From contig NC_045697.1 of assembly GCF_009834535.1 (NCBI RefSeq), positions 22,322,001 to 22,386,000 of the forward strand: a stretch of DNA of 64,000 nucleotides, read 5' to 3'. The notes under the pieces are model-generated. The model did not search any database and was not told the origin of the DNA. It saw only the letters and a list, made by a program, of their open reading frames with translations. Made by a program: the position numbers and the translations under genes. Source of the DNA: Camelus ferus (Eukaryota). Position 1 is the first letter of the stretch. Every line of letters begins with the position of its first letter. Shown piece after piece: positions 1 through 14,103 of this stretch.

Positions 1-1864
1 AGTTATTTTATCTCTATGAAATTTTATTTCTCTGCATCCCTTTAGATACAGTCAGGAAACTCTGATTACTGGTTGAGAATTTGTAGTTGTTAGCTTTCCA
101 CATGTGTAGAAAAACACCCTTAAACTCCAAATAGGAATGACTGAACATTTTATAACAACTGTCTGGAGGGGGAAAGGCATATCACACATACAAAATTTAT
201 TTAAATTATTCCAACTTATTTTAAAATAATCAAATCTAGCATGATGAGAGTGGCTTGGAAAGTAGTTCCGTTTTATAAGAAAAAAAATTGTGGATCTCTT
301 TAGTTATCTGCAAGATAGCAGATTTAATTTATATTTTTCTCAGCAGGAAAAAGTTCATAGTGCTTCTTCTTGGTTGGTAGCCCTGGGGTTAAATAATTCA
401 GTATCATCATGATTACATGTGAATCACTGTTTACCCAGAAGTTTTTTTTTTAACGCAAAGAAGGAAAGGCAGGTCTGATGCTGACTATTTTGGAATATTT
501 AGCCCTAACTATCTGGACAGACCATAAGCAGCATTTTTGATTTGACTTGTTTCCCGTACTCATGAATAATGTATAACTAGTCATACTTCTCAGGTCATCT
601 TATTCTGAATCCTCAACCTGACTGTAATTCTTAAATGCATTTAATCACACCAAATCCCCTTGCGTTCTTTGGAAGCCATATAGGCATATCATGAGCAGAT
701 AATTAGTCCTTATTTTGACTGGACAACATTTTAAATAGTTAAATGACATTTGTTAATACAGCCTAAAGGATAAACGAATCCCCTAAGTCATGGCTAGCTT
801 GTATTCAGAGCAGCAAGTTCTCCTTGACAGTTACTTTAAAAGACAAGTCGTCTCAAGATATTTGTTTTCCCTTTTAAATTCTCTTGCTTTTTCACTTAAG
901 CTCTGCATTATTTAGACTAGTTAGCATGCAGGACAGAGAACTGCTTCTTAACTTTTTCCCCCCTCTGTTGAAGATAATTTAATTCACATTAACTGGGATT
1001 CTGCACCTTTTATACTTTCTGATCTATTTAAAGAGGCTTTAAACTCTTTTTTCCTTTTTTTTTTTTTTTTTTTTTTTTTAGCACTGATATACTGGTGAAG
1101 TCCACCCAAGTAATAGGTTAGCGATTATACTATGTCGAAGGGACATAATCTCTTTCAAGTTCTCAATTTTGTCATCTTTTCAATGTCCTCATATTTTAAA
1201 AAAGCAAATTAGGATTTAAGCAGTTAAAAATGTGATTTTGAAGTGAGCAAAATAATAATTATGTAAAAATTGTTTCTTTGGGGGAAATGAGAGATTATAA
1301 CTAGTTAAGTAGGTGACAGAGTACTAATTATAATTTATAGCCTTTATTATTATATACCTGCAGGTAACAATAGATTAAGTTTCAGTTAACTTTGAACAGC
1401 TAGTAATTATAAAATACAATGCTACCTGTCAGAAAAATCATTAACTTATGTACACCTAGTCTCTGAAATTAAATTACTTTGCATTTCTTCTTCAAGCTTC
1501 CTGTGATGTGCATTTTTAACATTTATTAATTCAAATAATTTTAAAATAAATTTAACATTAAAGGACATCTTTTTTCATTTACTATTCTGCAGCTTTATTT
1601 AAAAGATATATATTTGGCACTATAATTTATAATACAAAAACATGAAATTTTAATTTTTATTATATGAAAGCTATTGTTTTCCTACAGTTACTTGGTAAAA
1701 ATTCTAGAAGTGTAAGCTTTTGATTCCTTTAATTGTTCTAAGACAAGAGGACATTGATTAAAAATATGTTTCAATAATTTAGAATCAATATTCTACCATT
1801 CAATTATGCGTTTGGAAAAGATACAAGAATAGTAGTTAGAATAGGAGTAATGGTAACAGCAGAA

Positions 1865-2060
1865 AAATATTCGATATGCTTCTGCATGGAGATCCTCGGG
1901 CTGAGCCCTCAGCATCACTGTCTCATTTAATCCTTCGGGCAGCCCAGTGCGACAGACTCTGTTAAGTAACTTGCCTGAGGTTACCTTGCTGCTAAATGAC
2001 AGAATGGGGACTCAAACAGACTTCCTTTGCTCAGGTCCCAGGATGTTAATCACTCTGATT
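1865..2060 (-). mobile_element. MIR SINE fragment
   Basis: tctcatttaatcc...gttaagtaacttgcctgaggttac matches the reverse complement of the MIR core. Confidence 0.7.
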
Positions 2061-3167
2061 CACTGATTCTCTCCATTGAAGGGAAATGAAAGTAAAGGTT
2101 TTCACAAAATGAAAATGAAGGCTTACACTGCGCACGGTTCCTCGGGCTTCTGTTCCGAGATACCATTATGAACAAGTACGAGGTATACGTGTACTCGAAG
2201 TCACCACTCTTTTTACATCATTATCTTGTAGGATAATACATAACTTCTCTCCATCCCTACAGATCAAATCTCAGCTTCGTGGGTTGCAACTGTGTATTCT
2301 CAAATAATGTAAAAATTTGAATATCAATCAATTACCTGACCAATACAGGGAATCAAGTTAGATAAATATCACCCACATATCTCTTTGTGTTCACTTTCTA
2401 TTAAGAAGTTAGTTTAGTCAGGCGTTCTTTCCCAATTTAACCAGCTCAACTGTGATTAATATGTCCTACATAATCTCTTTGATGCTTTCTTGTTTGCCAG
2501 AAATAACTGTCCATACTTCTGTTTTCTGTTCTTAAAGCATTTATATCTGCTTCTCACATTCAATTCACCAAGGAGGGGCCCAGCATCTCCCATTCGCAGA
2601 AGTTCAGTCCAGCACACTGTGGTTTCCAAACATGGCTTTTCTGTCTCTGGAATGACAATGATCCCCAAACCACATAATTGAGGTGTCCTTCTACCCTGTA
2701 GAATTAAAAATAGACCCATATTGTGAAGATGCAACTTTTTCTTAGATGAATTTGGCTTTAATAATAGTAGAAGTTTGAGGCTTTTTATCGACATAGTAAT
2801 TTAGACTCCTTATTTTGACTTGGATACAAAATTTTTCATCCTATTCAAAGATCAACTGAGGGACAGCTGTGAGAGAAAATTCCAGGAAAAACAGTCCTGT
2901 CCCAATGTTATTCTGGCCCCGGAACCTCTGCACACATGCTCCTTGAGTTTTCACCTTTCTGTCCAAACTAAAAATATTCCCCTTTTTTCAGACTAAAACT
3001 GTGGCGATTCCTACTACATCTGAAGTCTAGAGACATTTGCTTTTTCCAGCTTTCTTCTCCTGTGTATAGGGAAATGCTTTTCTGCTTTAATTCAGCTTCG
3101 ACAAAGATGATTTTTTTCAAGCTTATGACTTGAGCTTATAGTACCTTGATGTGTTATTGGTTGAGAG

Positions 3168-3417
3168 GGAGTATGGTATAGTGGTTAAGAGCAGAGTTCT
3201 GAAGTCTGAATATATGGGTTTGCAGCCTCATTCCATTGCTCACTAGATGCAAACTCTTGGGTAAAACTCATTTAACTTCTCTGTACCTTAGTTTCCTCAT
3301 CTGTAAAATGGGGGTAATATACAACCTGCCCCACAAGGTTGCTGTGAGAATTGAATGAGTAAATATATGTAAAGTTTTAGAATAATACCTGGTGTATCAA
3401 TATTTCTTGAATGAATG
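3168..3417 (+). mobile_element. MIR SINE, near full length
   Basis: tagtggttaagagc head, cttagtttcctcatctgtaaaatggg core, ggttgctgtgagaattgaatgag tail. Confidence 0.9.
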
Positions 3418-5541
3418 CATATATTTTTGCAGGTTATGTTACCATAATAGTGGAAACTCTCTTCCTGAACCTGAAACCTTCACACCAGCTTTGTGTAGTG
3501 AAGTCCATCTCTTACTTTCTCTGCACACTGGAATTTCCTTTGAGTTCCCCTGTCCTGCCATGGCAAGTCCTAATTCCACTAGCCCTTGGCTTATTTAGAA
3601 GATAGAGAAGGTTGACAAAGTAGCAAGATTCCCACCAATTGATTCACTTAGGTACTCACCGAGTACAGTACTCATAAATTTTAAGTATGTCACTTAAAGG
3701 AAAATCCCAAAGCGTATGCTTTAGTGATGATTTCCATTGTTACAGAACTTGTAGTTTTATCGCTTTTGTTGTTATAGGATTGATTCATTTGAAGTGTACA
3801 AGACACTGGGCAAAACACAAAAGCTTTCTAAAATTAATTCCTTCCAGCCAGTCTTCTTCGCCTAAGAGCCAGTGAAGCAAATTCACTGAATACATGGAAA
3901 AATCTGTTTGCACCGTGAAACCTCGTTTCCTACATGATGCCCACTGCTGGCAAAGTCAACACTGAAAACATTGGCAAAAAAGAAAAAAAGAAAAAAAAAT
4001 GACTTAAATAAAGAGCATGCTTGGCAGATGGTAGAGATAAATAGTTGATCATCACTGCCTGCTAACCTCACTGTACTCTCTGAGTTGTTGCAGAACCATA
4101 ATTTTTTCACGATTATCTGTGAAATTATGTTGACTGTTCAGCTCTGATTCATGCTTTTCTTAAGTCATCTGCAGAAGAGACGACATTCTAATTGCACTCC
4201 TGAATTTTTTGCACTATGAGTTTGTTAAGCACAGACACGTTTTACTAAAAAAAAAAAAAAAAAGTCTAAATGTAATTTGACATTGTGACAGATTAATATT
4301 TAGGCATTAGACCAGTGGTACAATTAGGCAGCTTAAATGTGCCCTACATCTTAATGTCTCTATGACTTTAAGAAGTCATATTAAGTCCTCTTTTTTTAAA
4401 CGGTCTGTTGCCATTTTGCTGATTGAAGTAAATCAAAGTCTATCAGAGGATTTAAGTGGATTATGAGAAGGCTCATCACAATTATACATAATTCTAGAAA
4501 ACTGGAATCTAGGGAATTAACTGTAAATTCAGAATGTCTCAAGGTAAGAAACTGTATTGACGGTAGACTTCCTGAAGTGGTTACTGGGGACGTGACTACC
4601 TCTTATTCTTTGAGTTATCTGAATTCCTTTTTAAAAAGGATCAAACTTTAGCCTCTGAAGTACAACTTGAAATGACAGCTAAAAGTACAATTTAAAATTT
4701 ACATGACACTGTTGCATATTAAAATTGTATTTTGTATTAAATATCATATAATGCACAGCACACTCAGAAATAGTTAGGAACACACAGATTTCTATGTGAT
4801 ACGATTTAAATTACAGATTCAGTGTGACCCAGAATCAAATACTGCTTTTATGCAGGGACCAAGTTCACCCATATAAATAAACATACACATATTTAAAAAA
4901 AAAACAAAATATTTACAAAATAATATGAACATGGTGTAAACTGGTTACAAATTTCCAAGTGGGTTCAGTCACCAACTGGGGGATCATGATTCTCTGTTTG
5001 AAAAGCAATGACATAAATTGCCCACGATCCTACCCATTTAATGTGTACCCATCAGGTTGCTACAAGAAGGTAAATAAAATTTTTTGAACTGAAACAGGTT
5101 GGCACATTGCCTACAATGGTTCTTATTAAAATACACCCACATTAAAAGAGTAAGAGAAGAGAGCTTTCTTTTTTCCATTTTCCATCACATACAATACCTT
5201 TCCTTCATGGCTCCATGCTTTGCAAAATTTCATCTATGATACAAGCTGTGTATAAGCCAAAAGTAAATTTTATTTCCCAAGTTTATTATTGAAGGATTTG
5301 TACAACTGCCAACCAGAGGTCCTGACAACTTTTATTAAAATAACTATAAAATAGCTACCATCCATGAGCAAAGAAACATAACTAATTAGTTCATATGTGT
5401 AGCCTTGTGACCGCTAAGTATAGGCTATTCCCATTAGACTTTTTCTTAGCACCTACTACTGCTTCCAGTGATTACCCCCATCCCCCAGCCTGCTCCAGGC
5501 TGAGTATGAGGACTGCATTTTGTTCCACAAAATATATCCTA

Positions 5542-5643
5542 TTCTTCCTTTCTTTCTTCCTTTCTTTCTTCCTTTCTTTCTTCCTTCCTTCCTTCCTTCC
5601 TTCCTTCCTTCCTTCCTTCCTTCCTTCCTTCCTTCCTTCCTTC

Positions 5644-5727
<84 letters not shown>

Positions 5728-5729
5728 TT
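5542..5729. repeat. (TTCC)n/(TTTC)n compound microsatellite
   Basis: Directly visible; explains the FLPS/KERK low-complexity ORFs. Confidence 0.98.
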
Positions 5730-5821
5730 ATGATGAACAGATGTCCTTAGCATCCTTTACCTGTGGCCATTGTGAAATTAATCATCAGGGCTGACATGCG
5801 GTCTGTCTCACTACCATGGTT

Positions 5822-6350
5822 TTCATTCATCCATTCAAAAGGCACTTATTGATATGTGACTGGCTTGGTGCTGGGATCCAGAATACATCCTTAAGTAACT
5901 TGTGAATCCCAGCCACAGGGAGTGACCCTTTACAGAAAAAGTCACATAAATAGGTAGCAGGTTTCACTGCAATGTATTAAATGCTATGATAGAGACAGGT
6001 ATAAGATGAAGACTAGAGAGACAAAGAGAAATCAGAATTAGACCGACTGGTTAGAAGAAATCTCAAAGTTGCAATCCTGGAATGGATTTTGAAGGATTTG
6101 TGTGCAGTAGATTACGAGGCAAGGACTAGCAGAAGAAGCAACACATTAATATCACAGAGACATGGAACAGCGAGAGGCTTTCCAGAAATGACAACCCCAG
6201 GAGGTCTGTTGAAGTGGCAAATGGAAGCACATAAGAAGGGAAAGAGGCCAGGGTTAAGTGGTAGGCAGGATCCAGATCCGGAAGGACTTTCTGTGCAAAA
6301 AATACAAAGTTTGAAATTTACACTGAAATTTAGAGAAGAAGGTTTCAAGC
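5822..6350 (-). mobile_element. L2 LINE 3' fragment
   Basis: ttcattcatccattcaa...cttattg...tgctggg is the reversed L2 3' end, followed by degenerate purine-rich L2-like body. Confidence 0.6.
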
Positions 6351-6978
6351 TAGAGAGGGACTTATTATTCTATGTACTCTTTTTAAAATAATCATAAAAG
6401 TGCCTTTTTATTACACACTCTCCTGCTAACTACTAAGAAGGAAACAGGCTAAAAAGACAAACGTAGCACAAGGAATAAATATCAGGAAGTCACAAAAGCA
6501 CCATAATAATTTGACAGAGCCCTCATTAAATGTGTACCCCAGCACCTGGCTCTCCTTCCTGTATGTTATGCCAAACACACTATCTCTTCTCTTCTTGGGA
6601 ATCACACCACCCCAAAACTCCTTGAAGTGGTTTCTCTGGTGATAGTCCCAGAGACCGCCGTCACTGAGGGGCCAGGTAAGATGTTGTCATTCAGGAAGAT
6701 GATCTGTTAGTACTTTTCTGAACAAAACAGAAATTGAACTTGGTTGATTGGTCCAATAACTTGGACAAGTAGACACTGAAGTGTAGCAACATTTTCGAAA
6801 ATGTAAAACAAAAACTTCTTGAGCAGACACTCACAAATTAGGTAAACCTGACTCAATGAAAACTTTGAAAATCAGAGTTTTGCCGCTCTATTTCCTTTTG
6901 TGGACGAAACATGGGTAGAAAGGATCAAATGCTTCAAGTCTATGCTGTCCTTACTCTGAGCAGAGAATTGGTGGGTGT

Positions 6979-7571
6979 GTGTATCAAATGCCTCTTGCAA
7001 CTGTAGCAAATTATTAGAAACATCACTTCTTAAAATAACAACAAAAAAGTTATTCTCTTACGGTTCTGTAGGTCAGAAGTCTTGACATGCGTCTCCAGGG
7101 GCTAAAATCAAAACCTCAGCAGTGCTGCCTCCCTTTCTAGAAGAGAATCTGTTTCCTTGCCTTTTGCAGTTTCTAGCGCCTGACCACATTCCTTGGTTTG
7201 TAGCGTAGCCCCCTATAAGCTCCGTATTTATTATTATTTGTTTATTTTGATTGACATATAGTTGATTTATGATGTTGTGTTAGTTTCAGGTGTACAGCAA
7301 AATGATTCAGTTATGCATATATATATATATATATATTCTTTTTCAGATTCTTTTCCATCATAGTTATTATAAGATATTGAGTATGGCTCCCTGTGCTATA
7401 CAGTAGGACCTTGTTGTTTGAGCTCCCTCTTTTAAGGACAGTTTATTAGGAACCTTAATACCATCTGAAATCTTAATTAATTCCCCTTTGCCATGTGATC
7501 TAACTTGGTCACAGGTCCTGGGGACTAGGATGTAGATATTTGGGGAAGGGAACCGTCATTCTGCCAACCAG
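6979..7571 (-). mobile_element. MaLR LTR (MLT1-like), interrupted by an L1 tail
   Basis: ttattctcttacggttctgtaggtcagaagtc, gggctaaaatcaa and gggactaggatgtagatatttgggg...ctgccaacca are typical reversed MLT1 motifs. Confidence 0.8.
7230..7420 (-). mobile_element. L1 3' UTR fragment inserted in the MLT1 LTR
   Basis: tagttgatttatgatgttgtgttagtttcaggtgtacagcaaa...ccctgtgctatacagtaggaccttgttg; degenerate TSD agctccgtattt (7218-7229) / agctccctcttt (7421-7432). Confidence 0.9.
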
Positions 7572-8713
7572 ACCACAATAAGGTTGCAGGAACAGGGTGG
7601 CCCTTGTAACATCACATGGAGCATTAGAAGTGCCCTGAATCCATCCAGCATGAAAAGGCATAAGGCAGGCATGAAAGGATCTCCAGAGCTTGCTTGTCCG
7701 CCCTCCACAGGCTCCCAGGGAGGTTCAACAGTGGGACTTTGCCACTCTTTGAAGAAACAGGAAGTAAATAAAGGAAAACATTTCAATGAGCAGCAAAAAT
7801 CAATGAAGCCGACTGATCCAGTGTTGCTTCATTGATTTCTTCCACTTGAGCTGCTCATTGAGTCCTGTTTGCTAGTCATTGGAGATCATTTTCTTCCTTT
7901 TCCTTTTATTTACCTGCTCTGAACTCCCAAGCCCTTCAATACGCTTTGGCCCTAATTGTGACTGCCAATTTTAGTTTTAACTGATCAACTTATTGACCAG
8001 AGTAAGGAGCCAGCATTCGAATGTTTTTAGAACTCTCCCTATAAATGGCATTTCAGCACCCACTAAAAGCTTTCAGAGCCTCATCTCTCAAAATACTTCA
8101 GAGCTCAAGGATTTTGTGAAACCTTCCTCAGTAAGAAACACAAAGAAGGAACTCTTGTCTTTCTCCCCAGTCACAATAATGGATGGACCACACAGCTTGT
8201 CGTTACAGGAGTGTTTCCAACCAGACAAGTTTCTTCTGTGTGATTGTGAAGTATTTCGGTAGGTAACCCCATGCAAAGTGTTTGAGAATGTGTTTTAAAC
8301 ATGGCCATAGCACTAGAATAATCATATAGTTTCTTAGGATCACTACATTGAAGGGGAAGATTAATGGCTACTATGATTTTTGCCATATTTAGAAAAAAAT
8401 ATATTACTTTAGTAAATCTGAATTGGTAGAATTTGCTCCCATGCAAAAAATAATCATATTATATTACAACTCTACTTCATACATGATTTGAACTTTAACA
8501 TAGTATATTTTAGACTTTCACATAAATACATAGAAAATCCTTATACCACATTATGGCCACTGCAATGATTCTTTTCTTTTTAAAACATCCCCAAATACCA
8601 AATTAATTTGTTAAAGTATTTAACATATTCACATTAAGTGTTTAGATATTAAATATCAGCCACTTATTATAGGAGTTGTTTTATAACTTCTTACTTAAAA
8701 AAAGTTTTATCAC

Positions 8714-8998
8714 AAGGGAACCTCATACACTGTTGGTAGGAATGTAAGTTGGTGCAACCACTATGGAAAACAGTATGCAGTTTCCTTAAAAAACTAAAAA
8801 ATAGAACTAGCATATGATTCATCTATCCCACTCCTGGACATATATCCAGAAAAGATGAACACTCTAAAGCTGAAATGATACATGCATCTCAATGTTCACA
8901 GCGGCATTATTTATAGTAGCCAAGACATGGAAGCAACCTAAATGTCCATCAACAGATGAATGGATAAAGAAGAGGTGGTATATATTTATGTGTGTGTA

Positions 8999-9030
<32 letters not shown>

Positions 9031-9470
9031 CTACTTGGCCACAAAAAAGAATGAAATATTGCCATTTGCAGCAACATGGATGGACCTGGAGATTATCATG
9101 AGTGAAGTAAGTCAGACAAAGATAAATATTAAATGATATCACTTCTATTTGGAATCTAAAAAATAATACACATGAATTTTTTTACAAAACAAAAAAAGAC
9201 TCACAGACATAGAAAAACAAACTTATGGTTACCAAAGGGGAAAGGTGGGGGCATAAATTAGGTGTATGAGATTAAAAGTTAAGTACCATTATTTATTAAG
9301 TAGGTAAACAACAAGGACCTACTGTATAGCTCAGGGAACTAGATCCAATATCTTGTAATAATCTATAATGGAAAAGAATCTGAAAAAAACATATATATAT
9401 ATAAAACTGAATCACTTTGCTGTATACCTGAAGCTAACACAATGTTATAAATCAACAATACTTCAATGAA
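8714..9470 (+). mobile_element. 5'-truncated L1 (ORF2 C-terminus + 3' UTR)
   Basis: ORF 8892-9101 [27 protein letters not shown] is L1 ORF2 C-terminal sequence; the 3' UTR resembles the other L1 tails in the window. Confidence 0.95.
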
Positions 9471-11539
9471 AAGTGCTTTATATGAGAGGAAAGAAGATTT
9501 GAGAACATATATTGTAATGTTTTTTCAGCTTCCCGTTTTTCAGTCTTTTTATCTGTATAGAATTATATGTTATATGGAGAAGCAGAGAGAAAATGGGCAC
9601 TGCCTTCAAGACTACAATCCAAAAATAATATTCTTACAGTTAATAAAGCCTATATATATTATTTTTAGAATAAATATTCATCCCTAAAGACAATATTGGT
9701 ATTTATTGTAGGATATATATTTTACAACTTTATAGCCAATGTTGAAAACTTTGAAGATTTGACATCATTCCTAGAAGGTGACTCTAAATTGATACTTGCA
9801 ACTCTCTCAGAAGCACCCACTTCACACTTTACAGTAAAACCAATATGTAGTGGCTAACACATTTGATTAACTTAAAAAACTCATCTGGATCATTATTATT
9901 TTGTATAAAATTCCTTAATGACAAGAATTCATCAACTCTTCTCCCTTCTCATGGTGAGTGAAGATCCAGTTTGCTGGTAGTTCAAGACATTGGTGCAAAT
10001 ATTGGACGAACGTTTTAGTAAAGAAAACTACGTTTCAAATCGGTGATCACCGATCAGTAAAATCCACCCCCAAGCATTAATCTGCTATTAATACAAAGTC
10101 TTATAAGTCATTAAGGGTTTTTAGATTTGGGCATTTACATGACCTACCTACAATATTAGCATAATCAAACCTAAATTATTTTCCTTACTTCTAAATATGT
10201 GTTTCATAATTTGTTTTTTTTTTGTTTATTTTAACCCTTTCTGTCACTGTTTGAATGGCAATTTATTTGCCCCATGTAAATTTCTATTTTTCAAGGATGG
10301 ATGTACATTTGTTAAATATTTCTTAACCTTTGATTCCAACTCAAAGGGAAAAAAAAGTGAGTTAAAAAATATACCCTTCTTTCTTCCATCCACCAGAATG
10401 TTGGAAGTATGCAGTGACCCTAACTCTGATATCTTGAACACCACTGAAATTTTATGCCAATTTTGTGGGCACATATCTGCATTTATGGAGAGAGACAGTA
10501 CGTCTAGCTTCCATTAGATTATTAAAGTCTATGATACTGGAAGCAACTAGTTTCTAATAGAAGGAAACCCAGGAGACTAGAAGAAACATTATGAAGCCTT
10601 TGATCGTTGCAGTGGAAAAATACACATGCATGGCTCACACTATCAAAACTGGGTCTATTTGCAGTGGGTAATCAATTGCTAACTTGTGTAATAAATGTCC
10701 CCAGTCTCTTACTGGGTTTGATAAATTCTTGTGATCAGTATCAGAGCATCTTCTCATTTCCAGCACCTTCTCTCTTTTCATTCTCCCTTAATACTCCCTT
10801 AACCTCCAGTGCCTCTAATTTTGCATTCATGAAGAGGGAAGTCAAAATGAAGCCCCATCTCTGATGTGCAGAAATACATGACTCTCCAGCAGTCACCATA
10901 CATTTTTCTGCCATCGTGCAGTTTTCACTTGCCAACCAGCAGATTCATGTTTGAGTTGATTCAGCAGGACTGCTTGAGACCTGGCGAGCCCAGTCTCCAC
11001 TGCATATGATAATACCACATTCAGAATGACAGTGGTCTAAGCCTCAGGGCAGGAAATGCTTCTTGAGATTCATTCAATTGATGTTTAACTGAATTTAGCC
11101 TAAGGTACGAGAAAAGTTGCTGATGCTTTCAAACATGTTTAAACATTTTAATATTGTCTTGGCGTGTCAGCCTGAACTAGAGCACTCCTAGGTGAAAAAT
11201 GCAGTGAAATCCTGTAATTACAGGACCAGAAATTCCAGAGCTTTCAATGCGAGCCCTCTGCTTGAACTTCTTAATTAAACATGCTTACATTCCTGACAAT
11301 GTTTGTACTTTCCACAGTATTGGTCAGTTTGTTGCCCATGATATGAAGGCATAAAAGAAATAGAATATATTGTTTCCAGATCTCAGGCTGTCGTTTGATT
11401 TATTGCAGATAATAAAATACATCCATGATCATGAGCTCAGTGATCGATTGCTGCATCAAGGCACTCCCCCCACCCTCTAAACAAACAAACAAAAACAAAC
11501 AAACATAACTTAGGAATGTCAGACAACAAAGACTGATTA

Positions 11540-11915
11540 CTTTCCATATTACTGTGGATTGGCTATGTGGCTCCTCTGTGAGTTTTTCCAGGTCCCCCAC
11601 GGGCTGCATTCACCTGGGGAGCTCTGCTGGGCCAGCTGAGATAGCTGAGTCTCGCTCTCAAATAGTGTTTCATCTTCTAAGAGGCTAGACCACGCTTTCT
11701 CTCAGGATGGAGATCGCAGGCTTCTCAGGGCAAAAGCAGACGCTGCCAGGACTCTTGAGACCTATCCTGGAAATTACGCAGTAGCACTCTGCTCATCAAA
11801 GCTAGCCCAGCCTCAAGGGCTTGAGAAATAGAGGCTTGGCAGTAGGTGCAGTGATGACATATTCCAAAGAGGTGTGCATAAGAAAGTGAGAGGAATTTCT
11901 GGCTTATTTTGCAAC
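11540..11915 (-). mobile_element. Old MaLR LTR fragment (MLT1-like)
   Basis: ggctgcattcacctgg, gaggctagacc, aaagctagcccagcctcaaggg, ggcttattttgcaac resemble reversed MLT1F/H motifs. Confidence 0.6.
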
Positions 11916-12491
11916 TTAAAACAAGCATGTCCATACATCATGAAATCTGCATAGCTTGTATGCTAAACGGCTTTTATGTTTTATTTTAGTTTACTATTAT
12001 TATTTTTTTTTTAATGTCGAAGGGCACACTGCATTCAAGGTATTTGCTTTGCTTTTTGTTCTCTTTCCTTGATTTTCAGCCTCTTAGTCTTAGGTTATCT
12101 TATTCCTAATTTTTGACATCTTTAAAATGGAACTCTTTTATATGTTGTAGCCCATGCAGGCAAAGCAAGACGGCAGCATCTTTGGGGCAAGTCTCTTTCA
12201 AGTCAAAATGACTGTGAGGTTGATCTGTTTCGATTATAAAGATAATTGCAAATAACAGAGCATTTGCCCTTCAGTTTTGAGCAACTGTAATGACACATAC
12301 TGAATGAATCTTCTCTGGCAAAGTCTTAATAAAGAAGTGTTGGGGGATGTCTGAAACAGAGTGATCAGTGACCACTGTATTTTCCTACGTAGATGGTAGC
12401 TCTGGTATATTGCAGAGTCTATCAGCATAAATCCATTAGTACTACTGGAAAAGTAACTCAAAATACATTCTTTCTTGATTGATAACTGCTA

Positions 12492-12806
12492 CTAAGCCCA
12501 CAGTATGTTATCTGAAACCCTTGGGTACAAATACATCTTAAAATTCAGAATCCATCATATACTAGAAAAGGTAGTATCATGCATGTATATTATTTTTAAG
12601 ATCTAAGAGTCTGAGAAAGTGCCCTTAATTAAACACTATTTTTCCTGTAAAACATATAAATACTCACACTATGTGAGATAAATAAAGAGGAAAAATAACC
12701 TTGTATTGAAGGTCAGATTTGTTGTAAATTTATGGGAGAAGAAAACACTTTGAGTTTTCAAAGCTTTTTTTGAGGACTGAATTATGGATAAGGGATTGTG
12801 CACCTG
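12492..12806 (+). mobile_element. TcMar-Tigger MITE, MER46C-like
   Basis: ttatctgaaacccttggg...aattcagaat start; ggataagggattgtgcacctg terminal inverted repeat at the end. Confidence 0.8.
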
Positions 12807-12816
12807 AAAAATATCT

Positions 12817-13048
12817 AATGTTTATTGGAGTCCTATTGTGCATCAGGAATTATTGCAAACACTCTTCCTATGTTAATGTATTTAATCCTCACAATAATCC
12901 TAAGAAGTTAATTCATTCTTCTGCCCCTTATAAGGATGAAGAAATTTAAATTAATCAAGCAACTTGTTCAAAGGTACATATTAAGTGACAAAGTTAGGAT
13001 ATGAATCCAGGGATCTTGGCTCTGGAGCCTATTCAGTTAATTTCCATT
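12817..13048 (-). mobile_element. MIR SINE
   Basis: atgtttattg...atttaatcctcacaataatcc...gatgaagaaa...gaatccagg...ggctctggagcc. Confidence 0.8.
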
Positions 13049-13139
13049 TCATTCATGGAAGACTCCAGACAGAAAAAACACAAACACAAACACAAACAAA
13101 AAACTACTTTTTAAATCTCTCCAAGCGCTACCACCAGCT

Positions 13140-13345
13140 ATTTACCTAAATTTTACACTGCACCAGACACCATGCTCTAAACTTTATACACATTAACTCT
13201 TTATCCCCATAATACATGGAGGAGTGGGCATCATTATGTTGCAGATGAGATGCTCGAGGCTTAGAGAGGCTCAGAGAAAGTATGTCCAAGGTCACACAGC
13301 ATATACATGATGGGCCTAGAATCACACTCAGCACTGTTGATACTC
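13140..13345 (-). mobile_element. MIR SINE
   Basis: cagatgag...gaggcttagagagg...ccaaggtcacacagc. Confidence 0.75.
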
Positions 13346-13479
13346 CCAGTCTCCTGTTCTTTCCCTGAGTTCCACTCTCCCTTGAGGGAAGCACTCAGGA
13401 GATATAGATGAGACTGAAATAAGGGTTGGTTGATAGGTAATCCTTATATCTTCTTCTAATTGGTTGGATCAAGTGATTT

Positions 13480-14103
13480 TGTTGCCAGTGATTAAGTTCT
13501 TATCTCACTGCAGAAATAATCCAGAGGTGGAGGTTAAGAAAGTAAAGGGGGACTTATTAAGGGATGGGTAGTCCACTCTCCAGGGGACAGTGGGCAGGCT
13601 CAGGTGAGCAACTGCCCTGAGTTTCTTTGGCAAGTTGGTCACATGGCGTGTAAAAATGAATGGGTGGAATATTGGCTGGGGAGGGAAGGGTTTGGGGTAT
13701 TTTCCCTGAATTGTATCCCAACTCCACCTTCCTGAAGGGAAGAGGAATTTTTGCCCTTATTTAGTCTGGATCAGAAGTGTCGTGGCATTGCTGCATGATG
13801 GGCACCTCTAATGTGCAAGACTAATTTTATTAAAATGAGGGCATAATGAGCAAAAGGTTACATTCAGATACTGGAGATTCCTACTTTTTCCCCCTTTCCT
13901 TGTCAGCCTCCAGGCCACTTGTCACCCCAAGATGTGTCACTGCTTATCAGCCTAGAAGTTCTTTCTCTGCCCAAGGACCCCTGTTGTCTATATGATGTAT
14001 GGTTTCTGCATTTGGCCTGTGCCCCTCCTCTTTTGCCCAACTCCTACCATTTGTCCTGAGTCCCCTTTCTCTGCTCATATCTAGCTATCTGCCTGCTCTA
14101 ACA
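13480..14103 (-). mobile_element. ERV1-class solo LTR
   Basis: TG...CA termini (tgttgcc...ctctaaca) flanked by 4-bp TSD ATTT (13476-13479, 14104-14107); strand inferred from LTR layout. Confidence 0.85.

Noticed and set aside
5395..5753. 93-112 aa ORFs (FLPS/KERK repeats)
   Set aside because: Translations of the TTCC/TTTC microsatellite.
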